Below, one piece after another: positions 8,661-16,929 of a stretch of 25,597 bases of DNA. Below the pieces are notes generated by a model. It ran no database searches, was not told where the DNA came from, and saw only the letters and a program-made list of their open reading frames with translations. Made by a program: the position numbers and the translations under genes. Positions within the stretch are counted from its first letter, which is position 1, and each line of letters begins with the position of its first letter. This DNA comes from a virus (lineage: Duplodnaviria; Heunggongvirae; Uroviricota; Caudoviricetes), in IMG/VR virus record IMGVR_UViG_3300035208_001055, positions 120,494 through 146,090 of that record. One strand, given 5' to 3'.

Positions 8661-8915
8661 CTAGTCAACAAGTTCCAACAGAACACGAGCCGACATATTC
8701 GACTCCCAGAAAATCTCACGCACCTTGCAAGGTCCAAACGATGTGGAGACCGTATCGTTCAGCCGAAATTCTCGCCCGCGAACATCGGGTCGATCCGTCC
8801 GACCTTTCACTCGAAAGATGTAACGAATTTCCTGTCGCACTCTCTCCACACGTTCCTCCCGATCTTTCCTCGGTTGACGGGCATCACGCGGTCGCTTCGA
8901 TTGCTTGTCTGACAT
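8661..8915 (-). CDS. Basic hypothetical protein
   Basis: Start moved to MSDKQ (GGAG SD); Arg-rich N-terminus. Confidence 0.65.
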   Translation of the reverse strand: MSDKQSKRPRDARQPRKDREERVERVRQEIRYIFRVKGRTDRPDVRGREFRLNDTVSTSFGPCKVREIFWESNMSARVLLELVD

Positions 8916-8928
8916 CACTACTGCTCCA

Positions 8929-8963
8929 AAAAAGGGTACAAACAGACTCAAAAAGGGTACAAA
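8929..8963. repeat. 14-bp direct repeat AAAAAGGGTACAAA x2, 21-bp period
   Basis: Copies at 8929-8942 and 8950-8963, filling the intergenic gap. Confidence 0.85.
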
Positions 8964-8964
8964 G

Positions 8965-9606
8965 TCACGTCGTTAGCTTGAAAAAGGCGTCCCAACACTG
9001 GGTTCTCACCAGTGTATAACCATGCGGCTCCATGATCCAGCGAAGTCGCGCCAAAACTTCAGCGTCCTCCCGGTACTCCACAGAGATACGGTTGATGATA
9101 CGATTCGGAAATCGAAAGTATTCTTCGAGAACAGGCACTTCAGCGCCTTCAATATCGAGACTCAAGTAGTCGATCTGAGGTGGAGTAGTCTCTTCAAGAA
9201 TCTCCTGAAGAGTCTTAACAGGGACATAGATGCTAGTGACACCCAGACGTGCGGCCTCATCCTGCCAAGCTGGCGGGAGATAAACTGATAGCCCGCCCCA
9301 CATCCCATTCCGAGTGAACCGCCATTTCTCCCCCAGCCAATTAGACTGTGGCGCTACAGCGCCATTCCATGCCGCGCACCCCGGTCGATTCTTCGCAACT
9401 TGTTCAAATAGACATGGATCAGCTTCGACAAGAAGCCCCTTCCAACCAAAATATCTCTCCAAAGTCAATGTATTGCTATGTTGGACACCATCAAAAGCGC
9501 CAATTTCAACAAAGAAACCGTCTCGCGCACCCTGCGAATCTTCAACTACCCACCGATCTTGTTGCGTTGCGGGTTGTGAGTAGTAGATAATGTCGTCAGT
9601 CGTCAT
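8965..9606 (-). CDS. FkbM family (Methyltransf_21) SAM-dependent methyltransferase
   Basis: YSQ...QD, FFVEIGAFDG...SNTLTLE...WKGLLVEADP, IDYLSLDIEGAE; start moved to MTTDD (ATGA overlap). Confidence 0.9.
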   Translation of the reverse strand: MTTDDIIYYSQPATQQDRWVVEDSQGARDGFFVEIGAFDGVQHSNTLTLERYFGWKGLLVEADPCLFEQVAKNRPGCAAWNGAVAPQSNWLGEKWRFTRNGMWGGLSVYLPPAWQDEAARLGVTSIYVPVKTLQEILEETTPPQIDYLSLDIEGAEVPVLEEYFRFPNRIINRISVEYREDAEVLARLRWIMEPHGYTLVRTQCWDAFFKLTT

Positions 9607-10394
9607 ACGCCAACCTCCTGCAAAACCGGGCACGTAGGAATAACTCGTGGCGTGAGTTGTCCCAAGTAGCTGTCACCAAGGTATCGTTTAATGAGACGGT
9701 GAACGGTGCCTTTCGTCCAAGCGAATCCTCGACGGGTCACATAGCCTCGCTTGTTTAAGTGTTCGGTGATTTCTTGAAGCGTGCAACCCGAGTCTCGAAG
9801 TTCCCGTATCCACGGAATAATCGGCTCGTACCGTCTCATCATTGCGTCCTTGACATTCTTGTGAGCGATTTCTCGACCATGTTGGCAGCCCTGTCGGCGA
9901 CGTTCAGTACGTAGGAACATCCCATCTTTCGTCATTCCGTCCCAGTGGCCAGGACGAGCGGAACCAAGTGGAATGCCTTGAGCCTTCAATTCCGCTAATG
10001 CCTCCTTCGTTCGCTTCGAGATCAATCGGGCCTCTTCCTCGGCGACAGCAGCAAGAACATGAATCGTGATTCGATTGGCCGTAGGAACATCACACGCAAC
10101 AAACTCCAACCCGCTCTCCATCAACGTCGAAACAAAAGCGACATTACGAGCCAACCGATCAAGTTTGGCAATCACGAGAACAGCCCCCGCCGCATTCGCG
10201 TGCGCTATCGCTTTTTGCAACTCGGGCCGCTTCTTAGCCGACTTACCGGTTTCCGTCTCCGCATACTCTCCAATCACCTCTCCCGGTTTCCGAGTCGTGT
10301 AATCAGCAATCGCTCTGTGCTGAGCATCAAGACCGAGGCCGGACTCTTCTTGTTTTCGCGTAGAAACTCGGTAATAGTGGACATACTTTGTCAT
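9603..10394 (-). CDS. Serine recombinase (resolvase/invertase catalytic domain + C-terminal DNA-binding domain)
   Basis: YYRVST (catalytic Ser), GLGLDAQ, RPELQKA, AKLDRLARN, EARLISKRTKEAL. Confidence 0.92.
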   Translation of the reverse strand: MTKYVHYYRVSTRKQEESGLGLDAQHRAIADYTTRKPGEVIGEYAETETGKSAKKRPELQKAIAHANAAGAVLVIAKLDRLARNVAFVSTLMESGLEFVACDVPTANRITIHVLAAVAEEEARLISKRTKEALAELKAQGIPLGSARPGHWDGMTKDGMFLRTERRRQGCQHGREIAHKNVKDAMMRRYEPIIPWIRELRDSGCTLQEITEHLNKRGYVTRRGFAWTKGTVHRLIKRYLGDSYLGQLTPRVIPTCPVLQEVGV

Positions 10395-10621
10395 TCTTCC
10401 ACCTTTCTCAACAGGTCACGAATGGGTATGAGCATTTGTTCGCTGCCATCGAAGCAAGGACGAACCCACACTTGGTCAAATATGAGACAACAAATACCGT
10501 TGTCAACAATCTCCACCGGAATAACAAATCCTTTTACGGTGTTGCGATTCGTCGAACGGACCACCTCAATGTAGAAGATGTCGCCTAGACGTATCTCCGG
10601 CATGAATGATTGTAGCTTCAT
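10391..10621 (-). CDS. Small KOW/SH3-like protein
   Basis: IRLGDIFYIEV; similar to the adjacent gene; start moved to MKLQS (ATGA overlap). Confidence 0.65.
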   Translation of the reverse strand: MKLQSFMPEIRLGDIFYIEVVRSTNRNTVKGFVIPVEIVDNGICCLIFDQVWVRPCFDGSEQMLIPIRDLLRKVEE

Positions 10622-10839
10622 CGCTTCACCCGCTCCCACAACAGAGAAGGTGGGACCCAGATGACTGAAGAGTCACCAGCCACCGGCATCACTTCAACAG
10701 CGCTCCTTTGTGCCGTGAGATCGGTGACTTCGACCAACACGTAGACACTAAACGAATGGTTGCCATCGGCGGGCATCATCTTCAGATAGAGGATGTCGCC
10801 AATATGCAGGTCAGACTTGTTGCGTTTGTACTCGATCAT
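10618..10839 (-). CDS. Small KOW/SH3-like protein
   Basis: LHIGDILYLK...VEVTD...VWVPPSLL. Confidence 0.65.
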   Translation of the reverse strand: MIEYKRNKSDLHIGDILYLKMMPADGNHSFSVYVLVEVTDLTAQRSAVEVMPVAGDSSVIWVPPSLLWERVKR

Positions 10840-10854
10840 CCCGTCACTTACCTG

Positions 10855-11043
10855 TTACTTATGGCGCGAGATGCGTTTCAGCGTGTCAGCGATGAAGTTT
10901 GCCGTCTCGCGGTCGTGGCAAGAATTAAACCACACGCACCGCACGGGCCTCGTGCAATTTGTTTCGATCTCTTCAACCGTCATATCCGGGCCACCTGACT
11001 TCAACCTCACAATGTCGCCAATCCTAAACTGTCCATCTGTCAT
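10855..11043 (-). CDS. YodC/DUF2158-family small protein
   Basis: FRIGDIVRLKSGGPDMTV...VRCVWF signature. Confidence 0.85.
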   Translation of the reverse strand: MTDGQFRIGDIVRLKSGGPDMTVEEIETNCTRPVRCVWFNSCHDRETANFIADTLKRISRHK

Positions 11044-11047
11044 CGGT

Positions 11048-11266
11048 TCACCTCAACGGTTCAATTACAAAGTGACACAACCCAGCCGTAACTAAGGCTC
11101 GAAGCGAAGTCGAACATCCCTCACCGTCCCAAAGTTTACGGCTACACTCGCCACACAAACAGAGAACATTGTGCGGACGGCCTGCCTCATACGCAGCGTA
11201 CAAACCATACGTGATCTTTCGATCAGCCTTACGCACACTCCCCGGTAGACACATCTCGCACTGCAT
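11048..11266 (-). CDS. Small Zn-binding hypothetical protein
   Basis: Start moved to MQCEMC (GGAGG SD); CEMC...CGEC. Confidence 0.65.
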   Translation of the reverse strand: MQCEMCLPGSVRKADRKITYGLYAAYEAGRPHNVLCLCGECSRKLWDGEGCSTSLRALVTAGLCHFVIEPLR

Positions 11267-11630
11267 AGGTGTCCTCCACTCGGTTCGTCTCTTCAAGTAT
11301 AGCATCAATTCCTGAAAAGTCAACCCCAGTGCGACGGATTTCTTCGTTTTTCTGTGGGTTCCACGGGAAACACTCGCAAACAGGGCACCACAACTCGTCC
11401 TTGTGAGCGTCAAAGAAGCTGGTCGTCAGCCGCGCATCCCGACAATCCGGTGCGACCTCTTCAACCCGCGTCTTGAGATAGTTCGGTCCACCTATTCCCC
11501 GTTCCAACAATGGAAACGGATGCTTGCACTCTCGGTGCAGCATTCGATTCACTTCGCGGTGGTATTGCACCTCCGTGAGTCCCGGCGTCCTCTGTCGTAC
11601 TTCAAAGTATGTGCGGAAAAAGTCAAGCAT
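11229..11630 (-). CDS. Hypothetical protein
   Basis: 133-aa ORF in operon orientation; CPVC motif. Confidence 0.65.
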   Translation of the reverse strand: MLDFFRTYFEVRQRTPGLTEVQYHREVNRMLHRECKHPFPLLERGIGGPNYLKTRVEEVAPDCRDARLTTSFFDAHKDELWCPVCECFPWNPQKNEEIRRTGVDFSGIDAILEETNRVEDTYAVRDVSTGECA

Positions 11631-11632
11631 GA

Positions 11633-12013
11633 TTAGTCCTCACTCTTGAACTCGTGAATATAGCGATACAATCGCTTGTAAAGTCGATGCCATTTATTGG
11701 TTGGATCGTGCCATGCAACAACATACTTCAAGTCGTGCCCGCACTTCACCCAAAGCCACCGCATAAATGACCGAAACAACCAGACCTTAAACCGTATTCG
11801 CAGCCAAACAAACTGACGCCAGCGATACCCGAGATACCAGGACCACGTATTGAATCCGTGCTTATGTATCCCGCACTTCGCGCATGGCGGATTGTCGCCG
11901 TAGTAGAATTGCCCAGTGCGCCCATACCACTTCTCCGAATCAGTCCAATCCGATTGATCCAAGTAGCGGTGGCCAAAAATAAGGCACCATTCTAATCGTC
12001 GATACCTCACCAT
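11633..12013 (-). CDS. Hypothetical Trp/Arg-rich protein
   Basis: Start moved to MVRYRR (GGAG SD, overlaps upstream stop); WCLIFGH...CAKCG. Confidence 0.6.
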   Translation of the reverse strand: MVRYRRLEWCLIFGHRYLDQSDWTDSEKWYGRTGQFYYGDNPPCAKCGIHKHGFNTWSWYLGYRWRQFVWLRIRFKVWLFRSFMRWLWVKCGHDLKYVVAWHDPTNKWHRLYKRLYRYIHEFKSED

Positions 12014-12153
12014 ATAAGCACTCTCCACACATTTCCACACTTCGGACATTGATATACGTTGGCGAGATAAGCCCCGGCCTTAATAGACTTTGGTTTGCAA
12101 TCTGCTTCCTTCATCTGTTGCTTGCACTTGGGGCAAGTCACAAGACGTACCAT
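12007..12153 (-). CDS. Zn-ribbon mini-protein (48 aa)
   Basis: Manual: MVRLVTCPKCKQQMKEADCKPKSIKAGAYLANVYQCPKCGNVWRVLIW; paired CPKC. Confidence 0.7.
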   Translation of the reverse strand: MVRLVTCPKCKQQMKEADCKPKSIKAGAYLANVYQCPKCGNVWRVLIW

Positions 12154-12174
12154 AATCAAATCCTCTCGACCAAA

Positions 12175-12756
12175 TCAAAGATGTGCTGAGTTCATGGCGT
12201 CAGCTTTGTTTTTCAAATCTCGACGCGCTGCTACCCGTCGTTCTCGCTCTATCGCCGCCCGAGTCTGAATCCGTTTTTTCTCCGCGATGAATTGGTCTCG
12301 TATCGCCGTCAACGCTTCGTCACTCAAGTTGCAGAACCAAGAGGAGCTAACGGGAAAGACGTAAGAGTAATTGCCGTTGTTGTCAATGTAGCATGTGTCG
12401 GGTGAAACCCCGATTTCGATACCGTCAATGCACAAGGTTGCGACGACTTCAGAATGTGTCCCCAGATCGGCACCGAATATGTAACTGGTGCCTCGCGGGT
12501 CGCGGAAACTGATCGACAGGCGATTATTATGATCCTTCGGTTCCGGCGTCTTTGGATTCGCCAGCGACAACAGGCGGCGTCGAGTCGATTCCCACGGCTC
12601 ATTCGCAACACCGTGTCCGTTGTCTCGTCCATCGAGAATCTGGTTTATCAATTGACAAAGTGAAGCAACAGCTTGATCGCTCCCCCGCCAGTACGCCGGA
12701 TGAGCGAATGGTGTGCCATCTAACTCAACATCGTCAGCCGGTTTGTCCGTCGCCAT
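12175..12756 (-). CDS. Hypothetical protein
   Basis: Start moved to MATDK; C-terminal coiled-coil-like basic helix. Confidence 0.65.
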   Translation of the reverse strand: MATDKPADDVELDGTPFAHPAYWRGSDQAVASLCQLINQILDGRDNGHGVANEPWESTRRRLLSLANPKTPEPKDHNNRLSISFRDPRGTSYIFGADLGTHSEVVATLCIDGIEIGVSPDTCYIDNNGNYSYVFPVSSSWFCNLSDEALTAIRDQFIAEKKRIQTRAAIERERRVAARRDLKNKADAMNSAHL

Positions 12757-13087
12757 AAAGCCACCTGTGGTCAAAGTTGTCAGCCGCCATCTCCGGCGTA
12801 TCACCCGTTGCGCTCACGTCACCACACGCCGCGACCCACTGCCCGGTCCCGACATCAAAAGTCATTGAAGCCTGCACCATGCGAAACGGACGTTGATACT
12901 CGCGGCTCTGTTCAATCCATCGTTTCTTCGCATCCCGCTCAAGTTCAGCGGCTTCACGCCGCGCTATGGCCTCCAAGACCTGTTGCTGGCCAACCGCCTC
13001 AGCCGTCAGACATTCCGACTCCGCTTTCCGTTTGTAGGACTCGGACATCTGAATCTGCATGTCTTCAATTCGTTCCTGATGTGTCAT
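12734..13087 (-). CDS. Coiled-coil + HicB-like C-terminal domain protein
   Basis: WVAACGDVSATGDTPEMAADNF resembles the HicB N-terminal signature (G.T.EEA..N); start moved to MTHQ. Confidence 0.55.
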   Translation of the reverse strand: MTHQERIEDMQIQMSESYKRKAESECLTAEAVGQQQVLEAIARREAAELERDAKKRWIEQSREYQRPFRMVQASMTFDVGTGQWVAACGDVSATGDTPEMAADNFDHRWLYGDGQTG

Positions 13088-13088
13088 A

Positions 13089-13463
13089 TCAACGTGGCTG
13101 CGCTTGTGGCGCTGTCCCTCCGAGAAGTTGTAGGTTCGTAAGCATCGTTGCAAACTGGGAAAGTCGCACGGCGTGTTTGTCAATCAACTCATTCCGAGTA
13201 AATTCGTTCCCGACCAACTCTTCCGACTTGCTAACAATCTCCTCAGTGAGGTCTGTGAGCCACTGATTGTAGACCTTATTCAGTGTCTCGGCCGCTTCTC
13301 GGCAAGACCGGGCGAGAAACGGATTCGCCTTCTGCCACTGTGCAGCCGCGCTCGGTTGTGAGTCAGTTGTTCCAGTTACGTGCCGATGTATAGACCGTAT
13401 TAACTCAAGCTGCTGCGTCTGCAATGTCAAGAAGTTCTGTGCCAATTGTTCAAAGGATGCCAT
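13089..13463 (-). CDS. Helical hypothetical protein resembling a conserved Planctomycete protein
   Basis: WQKANPFLARSCREAAETL...GNEFTRNELIDK; resemblance recalled, not searched. Confidence 0.65.
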   Translation of the reverse strand: MASFEQLAQNFLTLQTQQLELIRSIHRHVTGTTDSQPSAAAQWQKANPFLARSCREAAETLNKVYNQWLTDLTEEIVSKSEELVGNEFTRNELIDKHAVRLSQFATMLTNLQLLGGTAPQAQPR

Positions 13464-13477
13464 TCTAATCGTCCTCG

Positions 13478-13756
13478 CTAATTGAAATCACTAGGATCGA
13501 CAGCGTGCATGTGCTCACACGTGCATTCGTCGTTCAAATTAAACAATGCTCGACGGACAGAACCTTCATGTTGTCCCCAAATCGGGCCAACTACGCAACC
13601 TGTCTCAAGACACTCTGCAAAGACGCAGGGTACTTCCTTTCCAAAGTCGCCAACTTCCTCGGTGTAAATGATCTTCGCAAGCGGCTTCTTTGGAGTGCTC
13701 TCTACGTCCCCGAACAAATAGTCCATCATCTCCTCGGCCGTCATGTCGTCGTTCAT
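13478..13756 (-). CDS. Acidic Cys-containing hypothetical protein
   Basis: Start moved to MNDD (GGAGG SD). Confidence 0.7.
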   Translation of the reverse strand: MNDDMTAEEMMDYLFGDVESTPKKPLAKIIYTEEVGDFGKEVPCVFAECLETGCVVGPIWGQHEGSVRRALFNLNDECTCEHMHAVDPSDFN

Positions 13757-13760
13757 GCTA

Positions 13761-13958
13761 CTACCTCCGAGCAATTTCCGTGCCATCATCCTCAACATAC
13801 TCGTGCTCTTTGCACCACTCGCAGAGTTCGTCGATCACTTCCAACGCGATCTCACCGAGACTCACTGCGGCAAGAGACAACAAGGCAAGCGTTATCCAAA
13901 CCGGACAGCCACACAGCCACAAGCGCCACCGCCACGGGTTCTTGAGTTGGAATTTCAT
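13761..13958 (-). CDS. Small membrane protein
   Basis: Start moved to MKFQL (ATGA overlap, GGAGG SD); hydrophobic segment VWITLALLSLAAVSL. Confidence 0.65.
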   Translation of the reverse strand: MKFQLKNPWRWRLWLCGCPVWITLALLSLAAVSLGEIALEVIDELCEWCKEHEYVEDDGTEIARR

Positions 13959-14302
13959 ACGGCCTCCCTCTCTTGGGTGTTCACTTTTGGCAACGCCACG
14001 TTGCCGTCTGTTGCATCGTTTACACGCGGTTCCAGACCGAGTTCCACCAGCAGCCTCACCAACACGTCCCCGTGGCACGCCAGGGGCTTGCAGTGGCACC
14101 CCAGACGCTTGCCAACGAGTTGCGGCAGAGCGGCCAGGAGTTCAGGCGACTGCCGCACATGCGCCTCGTACAACGCAATAGCCTTCTCACGAGTGATCCT
14201 CTGGTATGGGTCGATGTGGTGCGGATTGCCCCAGATTGAGCCTCGACCGATGTAAACATCGAATCCACCAGGGTCACGAACATTTACGACGATTGTTTCC
14301 AC
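13955..14302 (-). CDS. DUF4326 domain protein
   Basis: DVYIGRGSIWGNP...REKAIALYE...LVGKRLGCHCKPLACHGDVL. Confidence 0.9.
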   Translation of the reverse strand: METIVVNVRDPGGFDVYIGRGSIWGNPHHIDPYQRITREKAIALYEAHVRQSPELLAALPQLVGKRLGCHCKPLACHGDVLVRLLVELGLEPRVNDATDGNVALPKVNTQEREAV

Positions 14303-14711
14303 GTCCCCTCCCGAGTTCCCGCTTGATCTTCCGCTTCAACTCCTTGAAAATGAGGCCAGAGACCAAACACAACATCTCCTCAAAGTCACGTTTGAGCCAA
14401 CGGGATTTATTGTCATACTTCCGCAGGTAGTCGGCTATCGACCACGCCATGTGAATTGACTCGTGCAGCAACGTCTCATCCCGAAGAAAATCTTCAGAAA
14501 ATAAAACACAGCCGAGCCACTGTGTATTTTTCTGTGGTTTATAGGCTATCACGCAGGCTTTAGACTGGCCCTTACTGTTACCTCTGAAGTTCCCTAATTT
14601 CAAACGATATAACTCGCCACGACGTTGCTGTCGATGATTCTTAAAGACAACAACGTCCCACCGAAAATTCTCGCCAGACCGGCCCAATCCGATGTTAAAC
14701 TTTATTGCCAC
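14274..14711 (-). CDS. Zincin-like metallopeptidase (HExxH) #1 of tandem trio
   Basis: LLHESIH ... FEEMLC (third-ligand Glu candidate). Confidence 0.7.
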   Translation of the reverse strand: MAIKFNIGLGRSGENFRWDVVVFKNHRQQRRGELYRLKLGNFRGNSKGQSKACVIAYKPQKNTQWLGCVLFSEDFLRDETLLHESIHMAWSIADYLRKYDNKSRWLKRDFEEMLCLVSGLIFKELKRKIKRELGRGRGNNRRKCS

Positions 14712-14722
14712 GATGTTACCCG

Positions 14723-15136
14723 TCAGTCATTTTGATATTTCTCGTGAAAATCATCTCTAAACTTCCGAGCCAACGAATAGGCACGTCGTTCCACGTTTCG
14801 GTGCCCAGGAGACTTCTTATCGCGGTACTGTTCGTAGTGACAAAACTCGTGCATTATTGTGACAATAAATTCATCGAGTCGTTGTTGAAACGTGAGTCCG
14901 CGAAACTTCTTGTGAAAATGTTGAACAAGAATGATGCAATGAACCGGAACAAAATAACCTACCTGATCGTCGTGTCCATTCCACAGTACGCTTCCGGGTT
15001 GTTCCTTTGTCACAAAAATAAGGAGATTATGTTTGATCTTCTGGGTGTCACGTAACCATTTGCCAACAGCAATCGCAAATCCGTGGTATGTCGGATCGAC
15101 GCCGGGCTGAAACCGTGCTTCGACAACCTTTCTCAC
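14723..15136 (-). CDS. Zincin-like metallopeptidase (HExxH) #2 of tandem trio
   Basis: GYF...TIMHEFCHYEQ...VERRAY. Confidence 0.7.
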   Translation of the reverse strand: MRKVVEARFQPGVDPTYHGFAIAVGKWLRDTQKIKHNLLIFVTKEQPGSVLWNGHDDQVGYFVPVHCIILVQHFHKKFRGLTFQQRLDEFIVTIMHEFCHYEQYRDKKSPGHRNVERRAYSLARKFRDDFHEKYQND

Positions 15137-15158
15137 CTCGTGAATCTCTCCGACTTCA

Positions 15159-15545
15159 TCATGTTAGACCCCTACAATAGAAGATCAACTCCTGCAAAGT
15201 TTTACCGACAGCCCACGCCAGCATCTCCTCGTCCTTTGACTTTCGTATCCGTTTCACGTAGTGGACGGCCGCGTGAGTTGCCTCGTGTGCCAGTATTTCG
15301 TAGTCAATGTGTTCCATCGAAAGCAAAATATACCCGAGAAAAGGATCGGTTGAACGCTTCCCTTTGTCAAATCGTTCAATCTGACGGGGCATCACAATAG
15401 CAGCAAAATCACACCGCTCTTTCCCTTCTGAGCGGCGTTTATAGCCATTGTACATCTTCAGGTGTGATGGATACACTATCACTTTATAGTAGCGATATTG
15501 CTTACCACGGACACCGCCTGGATACACACGAAAAGACACTGCCAT
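15159..15545 (-). CDS. Zincin-like metallopeptidase (HExxH) #3 of tandem trio
   Basis: ILAHEATH...DEEMLAW; aligns with #1. Confidence 0.7.
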   Translation of the reverse strand: MAVSFRVYPGGVRGKQYRYYKVIVYPSHLKMYNGYKRRSEGKERCDFAAIVMPRQIERFDKGKRSTDPFLGYILLSMEHIDYEILAHEATHAAVHYVKRIRKSKDEEMLAWAVGKTLQELIFYCRGLT

Positions 15546-16132
15546 TAACGTGCTCTCTCCTGCGCCCGTTCCCGATGAACTGCCTCAAGGCGATTGAACT
15601 TCTTGACCACCCCGCCGAACCCGAGTCCCCACCAGTCAACGACCGGCCACGTCCAACTCATAGGCGCACCGTCCGGCCGGTGACTCCCGTATTCCAACAC
15701 GCGGAAGTCATGCCACGCACCGGGGCGCAACTTAGCGGAGAGAAAACTCCGCACGTACTTGGAGGCCGTGGACAGCCAGATTGTCTTCGGTATCTCGAAA
15801 TGCCGGGCCACGGCTGAATCTAATTCCAACTCGTAGCTACTGGCGATATATCGCTCACCGTTCGACCGTGTTGGAGTGTAGGTCGCCGTCTTTATCACGG
15901 TCTCTTCCGTGTTGCCCGTGAACCGTGCCTCGAAGTGCGGGCCAAGATTGAAGTCTCGCTTCCCCTCGGGAACCATGTAGACCAACACGTAGTTCCCGTA
16001 GTTTGGATCACCCTGCCGGGTGACGAGCCGCAATGTCGGCCGGGTCATGGCGCTCTCGGGCGTCCCGTACTTCAACTCAATGTGGTTGCACCGGTCAAAC
16101 AACTCGTTCTGTGTCTCTTCGATCTGTCCCAC
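15545..16132 (-). CDS. Hypothetical protein
   Basis: 195-aa ORF, GTG start with GAGGTG SD, stop coupled to the next start. Confidence 0.7.
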   Translation of the reverse strand: MGQIEETQNELFDRCNHIELKYGTPESAMTRPTLRLVTRQGDPNYGNYVLVYMVPEGKRDFNLGPHFEARFTGNTEETVIKTATYTPTRSNGERYIASSYELELDSAVARHFEIPKTIWLSTASKYVRSFLSAKLRPGAWHDFRVLEYGSHRPDGAPMSWTWPVVDWWGLGFGGVVKKFNRLEAVHRERAQERAR

Positions 16133-16146
16133 GGTTCACCTCTCAA

Positions 16147-16356
16147 TCAACATCTTTGGCTGTGTGTTCGCACTGTTGAACGCGAAGGTCCCACCGGCTC
16201 CAAACCGAAGGTCTTGGCGATCTTGTTTCCGACCTCTATCTCGTCCTGTATCAGGTATCCCCTGCCGAAAAAGCACATCAGGAACCTATGGATCGTTCTC
16301 GCCTCATCCTCACTGAGGATCATAATAGGCGAGCCATCTATGTCGGTGCTGGGCAT
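16147..16356 (-). CDS. Hypothetical protein
   Basis: Start moved to MPSTD (AGGAG SD). Confidence 0.6.
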   Translation of the reverse strand: MPSTDIDGSPIMILSEDEARTIHRFLMCFFGRGYLIQDEIEVGNKIAKTFGLEPVGPSRSTVRTHSQRC

Positions 16357-16364
16357 GTCGGCTC

Positions 16365-16550
16365 CTATTGTATTTCCTTGTTGATCTTGCGTATCAAAAA
16401 GGTGACTGCTTCCATGTTCCACTCGTCGGGTGTCCCTTCCAGCAGAAACACCTCCATGATCTCCTCTCGCATCCACTGTGGTAGTGTCTCAGCGTGCCGG
16501 TGCCACATCAGTTGCAACTTCGTCATCGCCTGTTGTCGTTTCGACATCAT
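16365..16550 (-). CDS. Hypothetical protein
   Basis: GGAG SD, helical 61 aa. Confidence 0.65.
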   Translation of the reverse strand: MMSKRQQAMTKLQLMWHRHAETLPQWMREEIMEVFLLEGTPDEWNMEAVTFLIRKINKEIQ

Positions 16551-16580
16551 TGGTCTCCTAACTTTCTCCCAACCTTCTCC

Positions 16581-16772
16581 TCAAATGGAAAGGATCACCA
16601 CGTGGCCGGTTTTACGTCTCATGTTCGTCCTCAATTGTACGGCGAGACATCCCACGTCGATGATCGTATTCCAATCCCCGGCGTCTACTTCAATAAACAC
16701 ATCGAGTTCCAGCAGGTCGGGGTCTGTTTTGACAGCCCGATTCAGTTTCTCTACAAAGTCGGCCAACTTCAT
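16581..16772 (-). CDS. Hypothetical protein, first gene of the leftward run
   Basis: Start moved to MKLADF (GAGGAG SD). Confidence 0.65.
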   Translation of the reverse strand: MKLADFVEKLNRAVKTDPDLLELDVFIEVDAGDWNTIIDVGCLAVQLRTNMRRKTGHVVILSI

Positions 16773-16900
16773 TGCTCTCTCCTCTGCTTTATCTCCTACC
16801 CGCGAGGTGCGGTGTATCAACATCCCACGACACAATCCCCGCAGTGTTTACCCACAGTCGCCCTCGGAACACTATCGGAATCACCCGCGAGATGCGTTGT

Positions 16901-16929
16901 ATCGTAAACGTAAGGTCCTATGCTGTCAA
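16901..16929 (-). promoter_or_regulatory. sigma70-type promoter for the leftward arm
   Basis: TTGACA (16929-16924), 17-nt spacer, TACGAT (16906-16901). Confidence 0.75.

Noticed and set aside
9603-10394. IS607-family element or integrated transposon
   Set aside because: No N-terminal MerR-type HTH, no tnpB, no flanking repeats.
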